From an uncultured virus (IMG/VR IMGVR_UViG_3300029951_000024) (Duplodnaviria; Heunggongvirae; Uroviricota; Caudoviricetes), in IMG/VR virus record IMGVR_UViG_3300029951_000024: DNA of 64,000 bases; one strand, 5' to 3'. Position numbers and translations under genes: made by a program. The notes under the pieces are model-generated. The model was not told the origin of the DNA. It saw only the letters and a list, made by a program, of their open reading frames with translations, and ran no database searches. Shown piece by piece: positions 63,594-64,000 of this stretch. Every line of letters starts with the position of its first letter. Positions within the stretch are counted from its first letter, which is position 1.

Positions 63594-64000
63594 CACTGGC
63601 GGAGACTCTGGCCACGTTCGGCATGACGCCGCCGCGGCATTTCCCAATCGGGCGCTTCGTGCGATTCCCCGGCGCTGGCAAGGGCCAGGGGAACAAGGCC
63701 GGCTGGGCGAAGCTCTTCACGCCGGACGTTGCGGTGTGGGGGGACTTCTCCAGCGGCCAGGGCGAGGCAAACGTGTGGACCAGCGATCGGCACGTAGACC
63801 CTGCCGAGGCAGCTCGCGTCCTTCGCGAAGCGCGCGAGCAAATGCGTCGCGCTGCCCAAGCGACGCGACGGGATCAAGAGAAGGTTGCCCGCGCGGCCAG
63901 TCAGCTGATTGCCGGCTCGAAGCTCTCAAGTCATGCCTATCTGGTCAAGAAGGGGTTCCCGGACCTCAGAGCGCTGGTGAGCGGCACGAACCTGATCGTT
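63590..64000 (+). CDS. DNA primase-like protein (5' part, truncated by window end)
   Basis: GTGA-coupled after GGAGG; GRFVRFP...NKAGW..WGDF..HAYLVKKG. Confidence 0.7.
   Translation, partial: MTLAETLATFGMTPPRHFPIGRFVRFPGAGKGQGNKAGWAKLFTPDVAVWGDFSSGQGEANVWTSDRHVDPAEAARVLREAREQMRRAAQATRRDQEKVARAASQLIAGSKLSSHAYLVKKGFPDLRALVSGTNLIV

Overview
The whole window is one GC-rich, temperate, contractile-tailed (myovirus-type) phage of a Gram-negative host, probably a proteobacterium. The genome is truncated at the right end inside a primase gene. Order: tRNA cluster (3 intact tRNAs plus 2 aberrant tRNA-like elements); PP-loop enzyme / acidic protein / 40-aa basic peptide cassette; terminase, portal and head genes; two fibre-like accessory modules (one with a GH5-like glycosidase); neck, sheath, tube, tape measure, baseplate and tail fibre; lysis genes followed by a papain-like peptidase, a lipase and nucleotide-metabolism genes; a leftward early region (DUF3560-methyltransferase, DUF932, MazG-like, Tad1-like, J-domain, integrase/Xis with a probable attP, CsrA, SSB, YqaJ, HNH, ERF); a lambda-like immunity switch; then ParB-like, helicase and primase genes. 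The most striking unexplained signals are: (1) nine copies of a 14-bp perfect palindrome, GCGC(A/C)AATT(T/G)GCGC, spread across the window, one inside a ParA-less ParB-like gene; (2) two small virion fibre subunits that both carry Sec-type signal peptides, one also ending in an ssrA-like tag, each paired with a signal-less repeat 'string' protein; (3) a copy of the integrase N-terminal domain fused to a GIY-YIG/T5orf172 nuclease next to the probable attP. All family assignments come from motif recognition by eye, not from database searches.
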